A stretch of DNA of 64,000 nucleotides from Octopus sinensis (lineage: Eukaryota): positions 89,838,001 to 89,902,000 of the forward strand of contig NC_043006.1 in the NCBI RefSeq assembly GCF_006345805.1, given 5' to 3'. Shown in pieces: positions 25,620 to 39,485 of this stretch (position 1 is its first letter; the number at the start of each line of letters is the position of its first letter). The translations under genes were made by a program, and so were the position numbers. Under the pieces are notes generated by a model. It made no database searches. It had not been told where the DNA came from and worked only from the letters and a program-made list of their open reading frames with translations.

Positions 25620-26830
25620 CAGCGCCAAGCTCAACTGCTCTGGCATTGCCCTAGCTGTGGCATCATCTGGAATTGCGGCTACTTTGTTGCCAGGTGGCAG
25701 GACAGCTCACTCCACTTTCAAGCTCCCGCTTGACTTAGCGAAGACTGAGAACCAACTTGCAACATCAGTAACAGCTCCGATCAGGCAGAAGTCTTCAGAC
25801 GGTGCAAGCTTATCGTTTGGGATGAATGCACGATGGCCCACAGAGGTGCTCTTGAGACACTAGATAGATCTCTCATAGACATCAAACACTCTTCAACTCC
25901 CATGGGAGGCATAACACTTCTTCTTTCAGGGGACTTCCGACAAACACTTCCTGTTATTCCCAAAGGGACTAGAGCTGATGCAGTAAGTGCATGTCTTCAG
26001 TCATCCACATTGTGGCCACTGGTGAAGACTGTCAAACTTCACACCAATATGCATGCTCATATGCGACGTGATATCACATCAGCAGCATTTTCTCACACCC
26101 TCCTTGCACAGGGGATGAAAATGGTAATATTGCTATCGATTCCATTTGTACCATTGTTAAAACGCCTTCTGATCTCAGAGATGCAGTGTTCCCAGATCTA
26201 CAAGCTAATTATCAGAAAATGGATTGGATTGGCCAAAGGGCTATTCTGGCCCCGAGGAATAAAACTGTTCACCATATTACTGATGAAATGCTAAAACTCA
26301 TTCCTGGGGATGTCTATATATATAAGTCTATCGATACAACTCCTGACCCAGAGGACATCATCAACTATCCAATAGAGGTACTCATTTCCTTTGAGCCCCC
26401 CGGACTACCACCACACATTCTCAAACTTAAAGTTGGTGCCCCTATAATGCTCATTAGAAATTTGGTTCCCCCAAAACAATGCAATGGCACACGTTTGATC
26501 GTTAAGTCCTTATCTCCCAATCTGATTGACGCCACCATTATCACAGGGTGCGGTCGAGGCAACGTTGTGCTCATACCTAGGATGCATCTTTTCCCATCAG
26601 GAGCAGGTCTACCTTTCATATTTCGGAGGTCCCAGTTCCCAGTAAGGCCATGTTTCGCAATGTCAATTAACAAAGCGCAGGGTCAAACTGTCTGTGGCGG
26701 GAATACATTTGGGAGAGCCATGTTTCTCTCATGGTCAGCTTTATGTTGCCTGCTCGCGTGTCGGCAGCAACAGTGATGCTTTTGCATTTGTTCCACAACG
26801 AAAAACAAAAAACATTGTGTACAAGGAGGT
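25620..26830 (+). pseudogene. PIF1-like SF1 helicase region of a Helitron RepHel protein, frameshifted
   Basis: VASSGIAATLLPGGRTAHSTFKLP, LLSGDFRQTLPVI, RAILAPRN, LKLKVGAPIMLIRNL...CNGTRL and QFPVRPCFAMSINKAQGQT. Walker A and the Rep (HUH) domain are absent. Confidence 0.92.
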
Positions 26831-27689
26831 TTTATAGGATTACTACGTTTCATCATTTTCGAACACATTAGTATTTCACTTACATACGACTCTCTTTTAT
26901 GATGGCATTTACATTTTTAGGCGTTTCATGACATTAATTCACACTTAACCAACACCTGTCCTTCGCTCACCTCTATTTCTATCCATTCATCATCAAACCA
27001 CCAGCCTCATCTTCTATATCCAACGCACATGACACATCTACCCCCTACATCTACACTCTCACTGTTAAAGTTTACATAAGTGACAACACGATCGCAACAT
27101 ACACTTTGGAAACTAAGCAACAGATCATTTTATACAACAACAAATTTAATCATAACGCCCATCAATGAAAACATCTCCACCACTGTGTTGTGATTCATCT
27201 ATTCAGCACCACTACAGTCTTGCCGGTCTGACATATGGTGAGTAGATACTATTGTTCTACATTTTATAAATTACCCATATTTACTTACCCATGCTTCATT
27301 CCCCTCCTGCCTACATAGGGCATCCATTCTCTTTTAACACAGCATGAAGTTTTGTAACAGCACATCCGCTGCCGTTTGTGGAAAACGAAGAGACCCTATT
27401 CATCTGCGAACGTTTTACACCGCCTTCCATGACTATCAAATTCTTACAATTATGAGAACAACAACATGGCTCTTTTCAAGGCAACCTCACATTCAATTCT
27501 TACACCATTCTACGAGGGGGTAGGAACCCCTTTACATGGCTTTCTATACACTTACAAATACATTCATTTGCCGTAAACTTATATCGATATTTGCCTGAAT
27601 AATCATCATAATTCAGTGCAATCATTAACAGTACTTTCAAGCAATTCAGCCCCGAGCATCGCCGGGCAATTCTGCTAGTATATATATAT

Positions 27690-27810
27690 ATAGGGAGAAT
27701 TCACAAAAAAAACAAAAGACGAAGACAGGTGGTGTAGACAACAAACAGATGTATTAGTATAACACTTGGGAAGTGAAAAAGTTTTTAACATTTCAAGCCT
27801 ATATTAGTTT
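27690..27810 (-). mobile_element. PLE-like terminal fragment
   Basis: The minus strand GGCTTGAAATGTTAAAAAC resembles the GCTC[G]AAA[C]GTTAAAC end at 50278-50294, and the fragment abuts (TA)n. Confidence 0.35.
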
Positions 27811-28029
27811 CATGCTGTGAAAACGCAATGCCCAGGCAAGCTTGTACAGTACGTTGTATGCTTCCGAGCAATCTTTCAGACTCAAACATACATGACTGGT
27901 GTTTGGAAAAAAAAAAAAGAGAAAGGATGCTGTTCTTTAGAACGTACACACTTTTATAAATAACACACACACACAACCAGAGGAATGAAGAAGCCAGCAT
28001 GCTGCATTGGATATGCAATGTCAGTGTGT

Positions 28030-28320
28030 ATGTAGAAGCAAGTGCTAATGAATCGAGAGAAGAGTTAGGCAGAAGAGTAATCAGATGTTGTATGCATTGA
28101 GAGAAAATTATGCTAGTTTAGTCATGGGATGCTTATGGACGAGGACAGCTACACAAAGAATTGCTGATCATTGAAGGTGAATGGAACTTGTGGTAAAGTG
28201 TGACCCAGGAAAGACAGACAAAGCGATAAAGGCTGATCTAAAAGATATCGAAACTTACAGAGGAGATAAAGGGCGAGATGATTGTATTTTGCTGAGCTCA
28301 AGAAGACCCTTCTGGCATAG
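28030..28320 (+). mobile_element. Highly decayed RTE C-terminal coding fragment
   Basis: Degenerate similarity to the 18560-18860 region (MDEDS...CRSL.V.GTCG...PRK...D.AIK.DL). Confidence 0.45.
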
Positions 28321-28789
28321 CAAAATCGATTTTCTAAAACCACTCAGTTACATTTGTATGTGCAGGACCATGTCCTCACTCCTCTCTCTCTCTCTCTCTC
28401 TTTCTGCCCCATCAAGCAATTCCCCAATTCTCTTCCTCTAATCCTATCACTCCCCTATCTACGGTATTACTCAGCTACTGTAATCAGCACATATTAGATC
28501 CCATCTTTTCCAATTACCTCCACCTTCTCTCTGGAATCACTTTTGTTCCTCCATCACTACCTTCCTTTTAAATCCTTCTCAACTACTCCCACCCACTTAC
28601 TTATATATATCTATATGTATGTTAGGAGGAGCCATGGATCTCCTCTAAAGCAAGACATCTGTGCTTGCCTTTCAACATTCATCATAGAGCCACCTTCTCC
28701 CCTCAAACACTCCCCATTTACTAGCCGCAGCTTTTCCCTTTTCTTCTTCTCCATGTTCTTCTTCTGGGGTGGAAGTTCCTACAGGACAA

Positions 28790-31165
28790 CTTGCTGAGCA
28801 CCGCAGATCAAATTTGTGGCTGGTGTAAAGTCCCAGCAAGGCCTAAGGTGACGTGGTGGTGGAACAGGGCAGTTGACAGGGCCATTAGAGCAAAGAAACT
28901 GGCTTGGAAGGGCTGGAAGAGTAGTGGTAGCAAGGTATCAGGCAGCTAGAAAGGAAAGTTGGAAGCAGCTGTACTTAGACAGGAGTGAAGAAGCAGAAAG
29001 GAAGAGATTTGCCAATGTCTTACAGTGTGAGGACCAGGGGCTTGGAGTGCTTCAGCTTGCAAGACAGTGTGCCAGGGAAAATTTTAATGTTGTTGGAGAG
29101 AAATGTGTTCGCAGTTAGTGACTCTGTAAAGAAAGAGGTTTGGAAGTGCTACTATGAAAGGCTGCTAAATGTAGAGAATTCATTGGAGAAGGAGACTTTG
29201 TCTAAAGTGGATCCAAATGAGGGGTCAGCAATCCAAATAGACAGTAACATGGTAGATAAAGCCACAAAGGATATGAAGACCAGGAAAGCCCCCAGCCCAT
29301 CAGGAATCATTGCCGAGATGCATCTGGCAGTGTGGGGTATGTTCTAGTTACCCATATAGTAAATCAGGTTATACATTAGGGAGTCACATCCAATGACTGG
29401 TGTAGCAGCACCATAGCCAACTGCTACAAAAGTGAAGGTGATGCCTTAGACAGAAATAATTACCAAGGTATCAAACTGTTAAATCAGGTAATGACAGTTA
29501 CAGAGCCTAACTAATTAGCCCAACTAATTAGGAAGAGAGTCAGTCTAGATGAAATGCAGTTTGGTTTTGTGCCGGGGAGAAGTACCACTGATGCGATATT
29601 TCTGGTAAAGCAGCCACAGAAAAAGTACCTAGCCAAAGATAAGCCTTTGTACTTGGCTTTTGTTGACATAGCAAAAGACTTTGATAAGGTCCCCTGATCC
29701 CTCAGCTGGTGGTCAATGCAGAAACTAAGGATAGACAAGTGATTGGAGAGAGCTGTACAAGTCATGTACAAGGATTTTGTCAGTGAAGTAAGGTTTGGCA
29801 ATGAATATTCAGGATACAACTAGGGGGTTCACCAAGGATCAGCCACCTAGTCTCCTCCTGTTCATCATAACCCTCCAGGCAATAACAGCAGAATTTAAGA
29901 TGGGCTACCTCTGGGAGCCCCTCTATGCTGACGACCTTCTTCTCATAGCCAAATCTCTTCCAGAAATAGAGAAGAAATTTCAGGTGTGAAAGCAAGGTCT
30001 AGAATCATAGGGCATTTGAGTTAATCAAGCAAAAGCCAAAGTCTTAGTAAGTAGTAAGGATGACAAATCACAAATCCCTTCAGGTAGATGGCCCTGCACA
30101 ATCTGTAGAAAAGGAGTAGGTAGAAACTCCATAAGATGTACCCAGTGTAAGCTATGGACACATAAGAGGTGTGGCATCATCAGAGGGAGGTCAAAGGGAA
30201 ACTAGTTTTTGTGTGTGGAAGGTGCACAGATACAATAAACACCACAAATGTACAGAAAATAGATTCCATCAAATGCTAGCAGGGTAAGCTAGAGGTAGTT
30301 GATAGCTTCCATTATCTAGGTGACCAAGTCAGCAGTGGAGGTGGATGCTCTGAGAGTATAGCTGTGAGAATAGGAAAAGGATGGGCAAAGTTCAAAGAGC
30401 TCCTACCTCTGCTGCCAACAAAGGACCTCTTGCTCAGAGTGAAAACAGACTGTATGATGCTTGTGTGTGAACAGCTATGCTACATGGCAGTGAAACATGG
30501 GCTGTGACTGGTGATAAAACATGCATAGGCTAGTAAGAAATGAAGTTAGCAAGCTCTGCTGGATGTGTAATGTCAGTGTGTATGTGCAACAAAGTGTAAG
30601 CGTCTTGAGAGAAAAGCTGGACATAAGAGACATCAGATGTGGTGTGCAAGAGAGACAACTACACTGACATATGATGTGTATGTATGAGGACAGCTGTGTG
30701 AAGAAATGCTGATCTTTAACTGTGGGTGGGAGACCATGCAAGAGGTAGAGCCAGGAAGACATGGGACAAAGTGGTGAAGCTTGATCTTTGAATGTTGGGA
30801 CTCATGGAGGTGATGAGCTCTGTGCATGAAAGACTCTCATCAGGTCAAGGGAAATCATAGTAGTCATTGTGCCAGTAAATGGCACACATGCATCATAGTC
30901 ATGTCATTGCTGGTGCCATGTCAATGGCACCTGTGATTCATAGTCATGGTTGTTGCCTGTATCATGTAAATGGTATCCATGCTAGTGGCACCTAAAAACA
31001 CCCATTATACTCCTGGAATGGTTGGCATTAGGAAGGGCATTCAGACGTAGAAACCATGCCAAATGGGACTGGGACCTGGTGCAGCTCTCCAGCTCATCAG
31101 CTCCAGGGAAACTGTTTAACCTATGCCAGCATGGAGAGCAGACATTAAATGAGGATGATGATGAT
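28790..31165 (+). mobile_element. RTE-clade LINE (same family as 18000-19330), RT region through 3' tail, decayed
   Basis: TWWWN linker, EMQFGFVPGRSTTDAIF, AFVDIAKDFDKVP, GVHQGS, LYADDLLLIA, the PHD-like insert at 30089-30225 and a (GAT)n tail. Confidence 0.9.
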
Positions 31166-32869
31166 ACACACGCACACACACACACACACATCTATATTAT
31201 TTGTGTGTGTGTGTGTGCATATTTGTACATGTGTGCCTGTATCTCTTTATACTATCACTACTTTGGCAGCAGTGAAGTTTATTTAATGGAATTAAAATCA
31301 TTATTCAGGCATGTTGGGGATTTTATTCACAAAGACTAGAAAAATACCTTACTTGCAAACCAAACGAAATCAGAAGGGAGAGCTGGCAGGAGGAAAGACA
31401 TCCAGCTGTAGAATATAACCTCAAAAAGTCTCTCTCAACCCATACCAGCATGGAAAAAGCAGACGTAGAAATGATGAAACGATGAATAGCTTTGCCATCA
31501 TATTTCTCTTTGCAATTGGATAAATGTGCCTTGTGGCTATGCCAAAGAGTTTGGTAAAGTGCTTACTAAACACAGAATTTTATGACAGCAACCATTTGGA
31601 AATAATTTAAGCTATCAAGTTATTAGGTTTTTGTTTTAATTTGTTTTCTTATCATAGTTTTATATTGATAGATGATAATGATCATGCATAGAGAATACCG
31701 AAACTTAAATAGCTTAATGTTTAGATATCAACGAAGATATACTAAATTATGCAAAGAATATTCGGAAACAATGCTTAATAATAAGTTCAAAAGCAAATGA
31801 AAGCAAATGAAAACAAGGAAAGAGAACAATAAACAAATAAACACCAAAAATTTAAATAAAATAAAAAAAAAAATAAATGCTAGAACTTGAGCAGATGATT
31901 TGATATTTCTAAGGAATAGTTAAACAAATTCCAATAAATTGCAAGATAAGATTGGTAGACAGATAAAAGACAAATCAGAGATTAAGAAATTTAACATGGA
32001 TAAATTTCAAAGAAAAAAAGGCAAACATGAGAATATTTGGAAATGAACCATTCTATTACTTTATAATGCTTAAAAGAATTTATTTTTTTCATTGTTAGTA
32101 CACATTCCAATATAAACTGACAAATTTAATGAATAACTTTGACAAGAATATTCAAAAATAACAAGGTTAGCGACAGGTTTTCAATAACTGTTCTACTTAG
32201 AATTGTAACTTCAAAAATCTAACTTAAAAATACACCAATCAATGGTTAGTTATTTCAGAATTTCCAATAAATAGCAAAAACATGAAGAACTTACAACTAT
32301 TTTGCATAAATTAGGAAACATACCAACTTATATTTTGGTTTAAATATTCACACAATTGATTGGTAAATGCTTTCTTTTCTTAACTTCATTTATCTACGTA
32401 CACCCCACCTCTCCCTCTCTCTTTCTCTCTCACACCACTTCCAAAGAACTAATCACAAGTATTTTTAGTTTTGCCTGCTGCCATTGCTGACATTGTTGTT
32501 CTTGTCATCGTCGTCATCATCACTACCATCAACATCATCCCCCTCTTCATCATTGTCTGTTTTTCTATGCTTGCATGTGTTGGGCAGGTCTAACTAACTG
32601 CATCTTTCACTAAGGTGCATTTTATAATGTCTGAAACTAAATTTGTTGAGTAGAGCAAGATGATAAGCGAGTGAAAAAGTAGTACTCTATTTAACTTCAT
32701 TCAGGTATTTCATGGTTTTTAAGATAGTATTTAGTTGGATACAGATAAGTTTATAACAGCTGCTTAGACACTCAGGAGATTATAAAAAAACACCCAGACC
32801 AATGTTACAAATGATTTTATTTAATGCCTTAATCATTCTACCAATTAACTGCCCTTAAACACCATTCAA

Positions 32870-33170
32870 GTGTGGTCGATGCCAGTGCCGGCTGACTTGT
32901 CCCATGCCGGTGGCACATTAAAAGCATTATTCATGCGTGGCCGATGCCAGAACCACATGACTGGCCCTCATGCTGGTGGCATGTAAAAAGCACCCACTAC
33001 ACTCTCGGAGTGGTTGGCATTAGGAAGGACATCCAGCTGTAGAAACATTGCCAGATCGGATTGGAGCCTGGTGAAGCCATCTGGCTTGCTAGCTCTCAGT
33101 GAAACTGTCCAACCCATGCCAGCATGGAAAGCGGATGTTAAACGATGATGATGATGACGATGATGATGAT
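32870..33170 (+). mobile_element. RTE family 3' UTR fragment
   Basis: GTGCCGGTGGCAC-type repeats, GGTTGGCATTAGGAAGGACATCCAGCTGTAGAAAC and a (GAT)n tail. Confidence 0.75.
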
Positions 33171-36100
33171 TGAGCTTAGAAAGATAAGAGGCAAAGAAAA
33201 CTTGAGTGTGATAGGATTTGAACTTGGAATATAAAAATTTCAAACAAACACCACAAGGTATTTTGCCAGATACTCATCTGTTTCTGCCACTTGTTTCCTC
33301 TTTCATGGTTAGTGTTTTAGTCTTGGTTCTATGGTCTCAGACCAAATCTCGAGTTGAACAATTGTCACTGAACAATCATGAAATAATTAGGAATCCTTTC
33401 CATTATTAGCAGAAAGCCTGAAATTTGAGGTGGGGGAAGCCCCCCCCCTGCTCAATTGGTATTTATTTCATACACCCTGAAAAGGATGAAAGACACAGTC
33501 GACCATGGCAGAATTTGAACTCAGAACATCACTAACCATTTCCTCTGGCATGGTCAGGAATCTGTCAGTTCCATTGCTTTAACGAAATAATTAGAAATGA
33601 AATGAAATAATTTTATGATTAAGAACAATGAAATAGATAAAGCATAAACATTAGCAAATGGCAATCTTTATATCTTACTTAATGTGGGTGTGTTGCTAGA
33701 ATACTCTATTAGTCTGGTATTTGCCTGGAGAGATCCTCTCCTAAGAGGCACGTATGGTGCTAAGAACTACAGGCATACATCGTTAGCAGATGAGAATCGT
33801 CTAGCATGAGTGGTAGGACTGTTAGGTCATGATTTCAACATACATGTCCTCCATCAGTAGCAGGCATCTACTCACCACAAGTCTGCTAAATCCCAACTGA
33901 TAACCAGCAGGCTTGTTAAGAATAAATATTAGCAAATGGAAGCAGTATTAATACAATATGCCAGTTTTTATCTCATACTTTAACATGGATGTATTATGCA
34001 GATTTTATTTCTGAAGCTCATAAAGAATTTTTAAAAAATATTGTTTTGTGAGAAATGATAGCATTAAATTTATAATTTGAGAATTTTATCTAAGATTAGA
34101 TTGTTTGTTTATTTGTTTGTTTTTGGAACTAGTATTCATGTAGTTTTACTATTGTCAGTTATTATCCCCCCCCCCCGATACCTCCTACTCAGGTGAATTG
34201 CATTCTTCAGACACAGCTAAGCATTTTCTTTTCTTTTTGGAGGGGAAAGCTAATTTAATCCACTTAATAAATAATGAAATTAATTGATTTACTTGAACAA
34301 ACAACACACATTGCAAACAATCTAATCAACAACTAGCAATGAATACTTACATGGAAATAATAATTTAAAAACTAATCTAACTATAATTAGCAAAATTTTA
34401 TGTATTAATTAAATTCATTAGTGGAACTTGATCTGCTAAAAACACATTTTTTGGAGTCTCTTCCGTTGTAAATATTGTTTCTATCAGTAAGTCTTCTTTG
34501 GAATGTTGTTTTGTTTTATTCTGTATTTTCTTCTCTTTTATTTATTTATTTATTTTGATGAATTGACAGTTTGTAACACTGGATAACGGTTGTGGAATGC
34601 ATAAAATGGAAAAATGTATCATTGTCTTCTACCATGACTGACTAAGACCAGTGGCTATGTCTAGTGGTTATGGCCTGTACCATAGCCGTACCACGCTTTC
34701 ACTAATTATTTGAAGTTTTCTATTTCGTTGCAAGCAGAAAGACAGCCCCCTAGCCCTTCTGCTTTGATCTTGCAGAACATCAAGTATACATTAGCGGGAA
34801 AGAAACAAGGCTGCACCAATACTCGTCCGGCACTTGTTTCCAGTTGAGCACATTAGAGCAACTTGAAAGGAGCAGCTTTGCTTGAGCCTTAATATATCAC
34901 ATTACTCAGTCAAGGAATCGAACTCATGATTTTATGATCAGGAAGCCAATATCCTAAGCACTGAACCATGGGTAATTTGCATGAAATAATGAGGTGTAAA
35001 AGTAAAACAACAGCAACAACAAAATTTACAGAATATTTTGAGTGAGGTTCTTTCTGTTTGGGAATACATTTTCTTCCTAAAATTGATTGAAACAACTTAG
35101 TGTTCTATTCTGGAAAAGTGCAGAATACCAGCTCGTTTCATTAATATTTAGCAAAAGTTAAAAGTCATTTTGCTTGCAAGTGTTGGCTGGTTGTTGAATA
35201 GTGGAAAGGCATGAAGTAACAACAATAGTGAGATTCATTTTGAAATATTTTCCTGAAAGGCTTTTGGAAACTACGTGTAAAGTGAAGGTGTTACTTTTTC
35301 TAGCGGGAAACTTTCTGATACATTTGTCTAAATTAGTAAGTAACAAGAAGGAAAATATAACTGACATTAATGTATATCCATTTAGCAAATGACCCGTAGG
35401 TCTATCCGTTGATCGAAAAATAGAAAGCTAATGTAATGCATATTGTATGAAAGATACTTAAGCTTGATAAATCATGCACTTTACATAATGGTAGGCAGTG
35501 AAGAAAAGATGAGAAGGTGCTGTATGAGAGTAATTTAAACCAAAGTTTGAGTATTTTTCCCTGCTTTTTCCATCCCACCTAGCCACCACTCATAAAATGC
35601 TGAAGAACACCAGAAAATGAATTACTTTTACAAGGGGTTACACAAGGACAGATTATTCACTTGCAGATTGCTAAAGTGGATGAATTGCTAGAAAAGCAAA
35701 CTAATCAGTTATTTTAGCTTAATTCTCCCCCCACCCCCGTCAACATTTTCTCTCCTTACTTTTATGGAAGATTTCTGTAATCTTTTCTCCATGTAGCAAC
35801 ATGTGACCTAACAACATTCATTGTGCATTATGAATGAATACAAATTTAGCTGTTTCAAAATATTTAGCAATTTATTATATACCCATGCACATAAAATTTC
35901 AAAAATCTTTCTGATGAAAACATTTAATTATTATGTACACAAGCAGCCACTTTAAGGGGAAGAATTTATGATGAACATTAAACATTAGTTATTCTTCTGA
36001 ACATAAGAATTTGGCACTAAGTCAGAGAATAATTTCCACCAGAATGCTCCACTCTGAAAAACTCATAATTTTTATTTAGTAAATTATTTAATATGCCAAA

Positions 36101-36395
36101 CTATTTCTTGGCATTTATGTATAATTCAGGAAAATAACTTCCATGATGTCACTTTATGACACAATGTCACATTTCGTTTTACAACAGAAAAGCTATACCA
36201 CAAGTATTTTAAGTATTACTACATTACTCTTGTGGAGATGCTTATCTGGTGTTATATGTGACATGATGAAATCATCAGCCATAGAAGTCCATATATAACA
36301 TACTACAATCTATAATGCACATCTTGATTTTGGAGGAGGGGCAACATTTTCTAAAAAAACTTATTATTATTACAACAGACAGTGTAACAAAACTA

Positions 36396-37265
36396 TGAGG
36401 GGTACCAAAAAGTAACCGGAAACATTCTCTGTGGGACAAGCCCATTGTAGTTTGAGGTTCTGCTGCTAGAAGCCACTTCATGCAACCCTTGGACATCAGT
36501 CTGCCACAGGGTATGTCTTTGTTTTGTAGTGATTCTCCCCTGTTTGTCATTTTTTGCAATAGCTGAAATGAAGGAATGGTATGCTTCCATGAAATTCTGT
36601 TTTCAGCTAGGGTAAACAGCAGTCCAAACAGTTGCCATGCTTCAAAAAGCTTACAAGGACACTACCATGAGTAAAACACAAGTTCATGAGTGGTTTTCAA
36701 GCTCCAGGAATGGTAATTTCTTACTTGAAGACCAACTTTCTTCAGGATGGCCATTGATCTCTTAACTAAAGGAAAATATGAAAACTCATGAACTGATCTT
36801 GGAGGACCATCACTGAACAATTCGTGAACTTGTTGATATGATTGGTGTGTCCTGGAGCTCCTGCCAACAAATTTTGAGTGAAGAATTGTGAATAAAAGGA
36901 GTTTCAGGAAAAGTTGTGCTTAGCTTGCTCACAGAAGATCAAAAGCAATCATGACTGAATGCATGTTGAGAACAAAGAACAGTTGGAAGTTGATCCAAAC
37001 ATTTTTTTCAAAAGTCATCATAGGTGACAAAAGCTGGTGCTATGGAATTTGCAGATGTGGAAAACACCAATAAAAAAAACGATGAAGGCATTAAAAAAGC
37101 ATCACTTTGCAAGAGTTCTGGCACTGCTTCAAACTGGAAAATGCATCTGAACCAATGCATAGCTTCAAATGGAGAATACTTTGAAAGTGATAAAAGTGTA
37201 AACATGTAAAACTAAGTGAATAAAATAACACTGCAAGATTCTGGTTTCTTTTGGGTACCCCCTCA
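36396..37265 (+). mobile_element. Mariner transposon, internally deleted
   Basis: TA-flanked TIRs TGAGGGGTACCAAAAAGTAACCGGAA / TTCTGGTTTCTTTTGGGTACCCCCTCA. N-terminal remnants (MKFCFQLG, SKTQVHEWF), IIGDKSWCYG and C-terminal CIASNGEYFE; the catalytic middle is missing. Confidence 0.85.
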
Positions 37266-37514
37266 TATTACTCGAGTAAATCATCAACTTCAATCCATTA
37301 ATTTTTAAAACTAAAATATTTGATAACAAATCTTAAAACTAAAGTTTTATTATATTTTTGTGTTTTTTTTTTAATAAGGGGAAAACTTTGAAGTTTAATA
37401 TGATACTTATATACACTCTGAATTTTAATACTGACTTTGTTGGGCGGGGGAAAAAAACTTTATTGTACATGGAGATTTATACCAAGCATTGTTAACTTTT
37501 TTGAGCACTCATCA

Positions 37515-37860
37515 TAATCCTCATCATTTAACATTTATACTTCATGCTAGCAAGGGTTGGATGATCTGTTAGGATCTGATTAGTCTGAGAGCTACAGAGA
37601 TCTATAATGTCTTCTTTGGAAAGGTTTCTACAGCTGGACACCCTTCCTAATGCCAATCACTTCACAGAGTATATGGGGGCACTGACACAGGTGAGGTTAC
37701 CAAAATAGCTTACAAAACAAGATCCTTTGATAGAATCAGGAGAAATTCAGTACTGAGTGAGAATGGCTTTGTACCAGGTGAGATGCTTAAGGCATGAAAG
37801 AGAGACATGAACAGGTAGCCTTCTGTTGAGGTGCTACATGGCTACTCCCGCAAGAAAGGT
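37515..37860 (-). mobile_element. RTE family 3' UTR fragment, diverged
   Basis: CATCATTTAACATTTATACTTCATGCTAGCAAGGGTTGG...CTACAGCTGGACACCCTTCCTAATGCC. Confidence 0.6.
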
Positions 37861-38463
37861 TCAAGAAATTAGACAGACAGAGAATAAGAGTACATAATCA
37901 AGAATGGCTGGGTAGACAGGTAGGACCATGAGTATGAAAGTAGAGATGAAGGCAGAAATGAAAGCAGTGAATGATGAACACTGATGGAGGTGTGAGCAAT
38001 GATGATTCTAGAGAATATAAAGAATGGCAACACAAGAGGATGATGCCGAAATTTTGTACAGAAGTGTGTAGAAAGCACGATTTATTCCTAAATACTGGAT
38101 TCAAATATTCCTAATCTTTCTTTACCAAACTGAGTTTTGTGAAATGTGAGTTTCAGTAAAGAGAATTTTCTGTGTATTACAGAAACCAGTCCTGACAATT
38201 AATGGACTCTCACTTTGTAAACAATTCTTGGAGAAAGATGAGCATGAGGAGAGAATTCAGAGTTGATTAACTCAACCCCAGTACATAACTGGTCATTATA
38301 TCATCAATGTGAGAAGAATTTGAACACAGAACTTGAAGAAATAGAACTTGCATTTTATTTCTCCTACTGCTGCACAATCACTTGGTATTTGCTTACTTCC
38401 ATATTATTTTTGTGCCATAACAACAAATTCTTATATGTGGATGTATACAAATATATAAATATA

Positions 38464-39485
38464 CTAGCAATATAACCCAGCCTTGCTTGGGATTAAGTTA
38501 TGATTAGTAAGTTAATCAAGTTCTTTATTTCAAACCAAGTAATATAGACGTCAAATTTGGGTGAAATCCATTGAAATTAGTTATATTATATATATATATT
38601 ACATATAATATAAATATATATGGGCAACAGACACGAACACACATACGTACATACACCTATTGCATGTTTTGTGCATGCATACATGTTCATAAACAGAAAT
38701 GAATGGGAAAAATGTTGTTAAATTTGTAGATTAACACTCGCACGATTTTCACTAAGAAAAAAATCGTTTTTTTGCATGGAATCAACTACTCTGGCCTCAA
38801 AACCCTTTTTGTGGTCTGTGAAACGGAGTGGGGTGTGGTGGGAGCCTCACAAATTGTACCCATTTATATTTTGTAATTCACTGACAAATTGTTACTCACC
38901 TCTTTGTTTCTTTGTTGTTAAATAAATGGATTGTCAACAAAACACTTTTTTACTCTGCGTAAAATAAAAACAAAAAATCTTTCGCACCCAAAGTAAGGTG
39001 TGTGAGAGAGAGAAGGGGGAGAAAGATGAACTATTTAAAATAAATAAATGATTTAAAATAAATATATTGTAATTGTTGTGTGAGAAAGTATATATACTAT
39101 GATTATAAAATATAGTGTCTTTCAAAAACCAAAAACAAAACATTTTACATTTTATTTTTTTATGAATGTCATAACTTTCTCTCTCTCTCACTTTGTCTTT
39201 CCCGTGAAACTCTCTGCCTCCTTCTTCCACTTTTCTTTATCTTACTTTTTTTTGTTAGATGCCATCAAAAAAGCTAAGGCTGATATTTTTTATGGCTAAA
39301 AGCTATGGTTGAAAATAGATTTTTACGCTATCCACGGGTGCCTCAGGAAAAAATAAGTTGACAAAACCCAGATAGGATGTTGACAAATGTCCTCCTAAAA
39401 TTGGAGCAACACGTGTGCTAATTTGTGGATATGCATAAATTACAATCACGTACACACACACACATCATGCCTTTTATAGATATGA
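38464..39485 (-). mobile_element. Non-autonomous Helitron, about 1.0 kb
   Basis: Minus strand 5' A|TCATATCTATAAAAGGCA and 3' hairpin CCCAAGCAAGGCTGGG-TTATATTG-CTAG|T. No coding remnants were recognised. Confidence 0.6.

Larger units (their letters stand above)
24300..27678 (+). mobile_element. Helitron, internally deleted, both termini intact
   Basis: 5' A|TCTTATCTCTTATGATAAAAGGC (an alternative TC lies at 24305). 3' hairpin GCCCCGAGCATCGCCGGGC, then AATTCTG-CTAG|T. Inserted between A and T within (TA)n, with helicase remnants inside. Confidence 0.85.

Noticed and set aside
25620-26830. Cellular PIF1 helicase gene or an autonomous Helitron/Fanzor cargo
   Set aside because: It is frameshifted, lacks Walker A and Rep, and lies between Helitron termini. 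No TnpB/RuvC-like motifs were seen in the 3' region.
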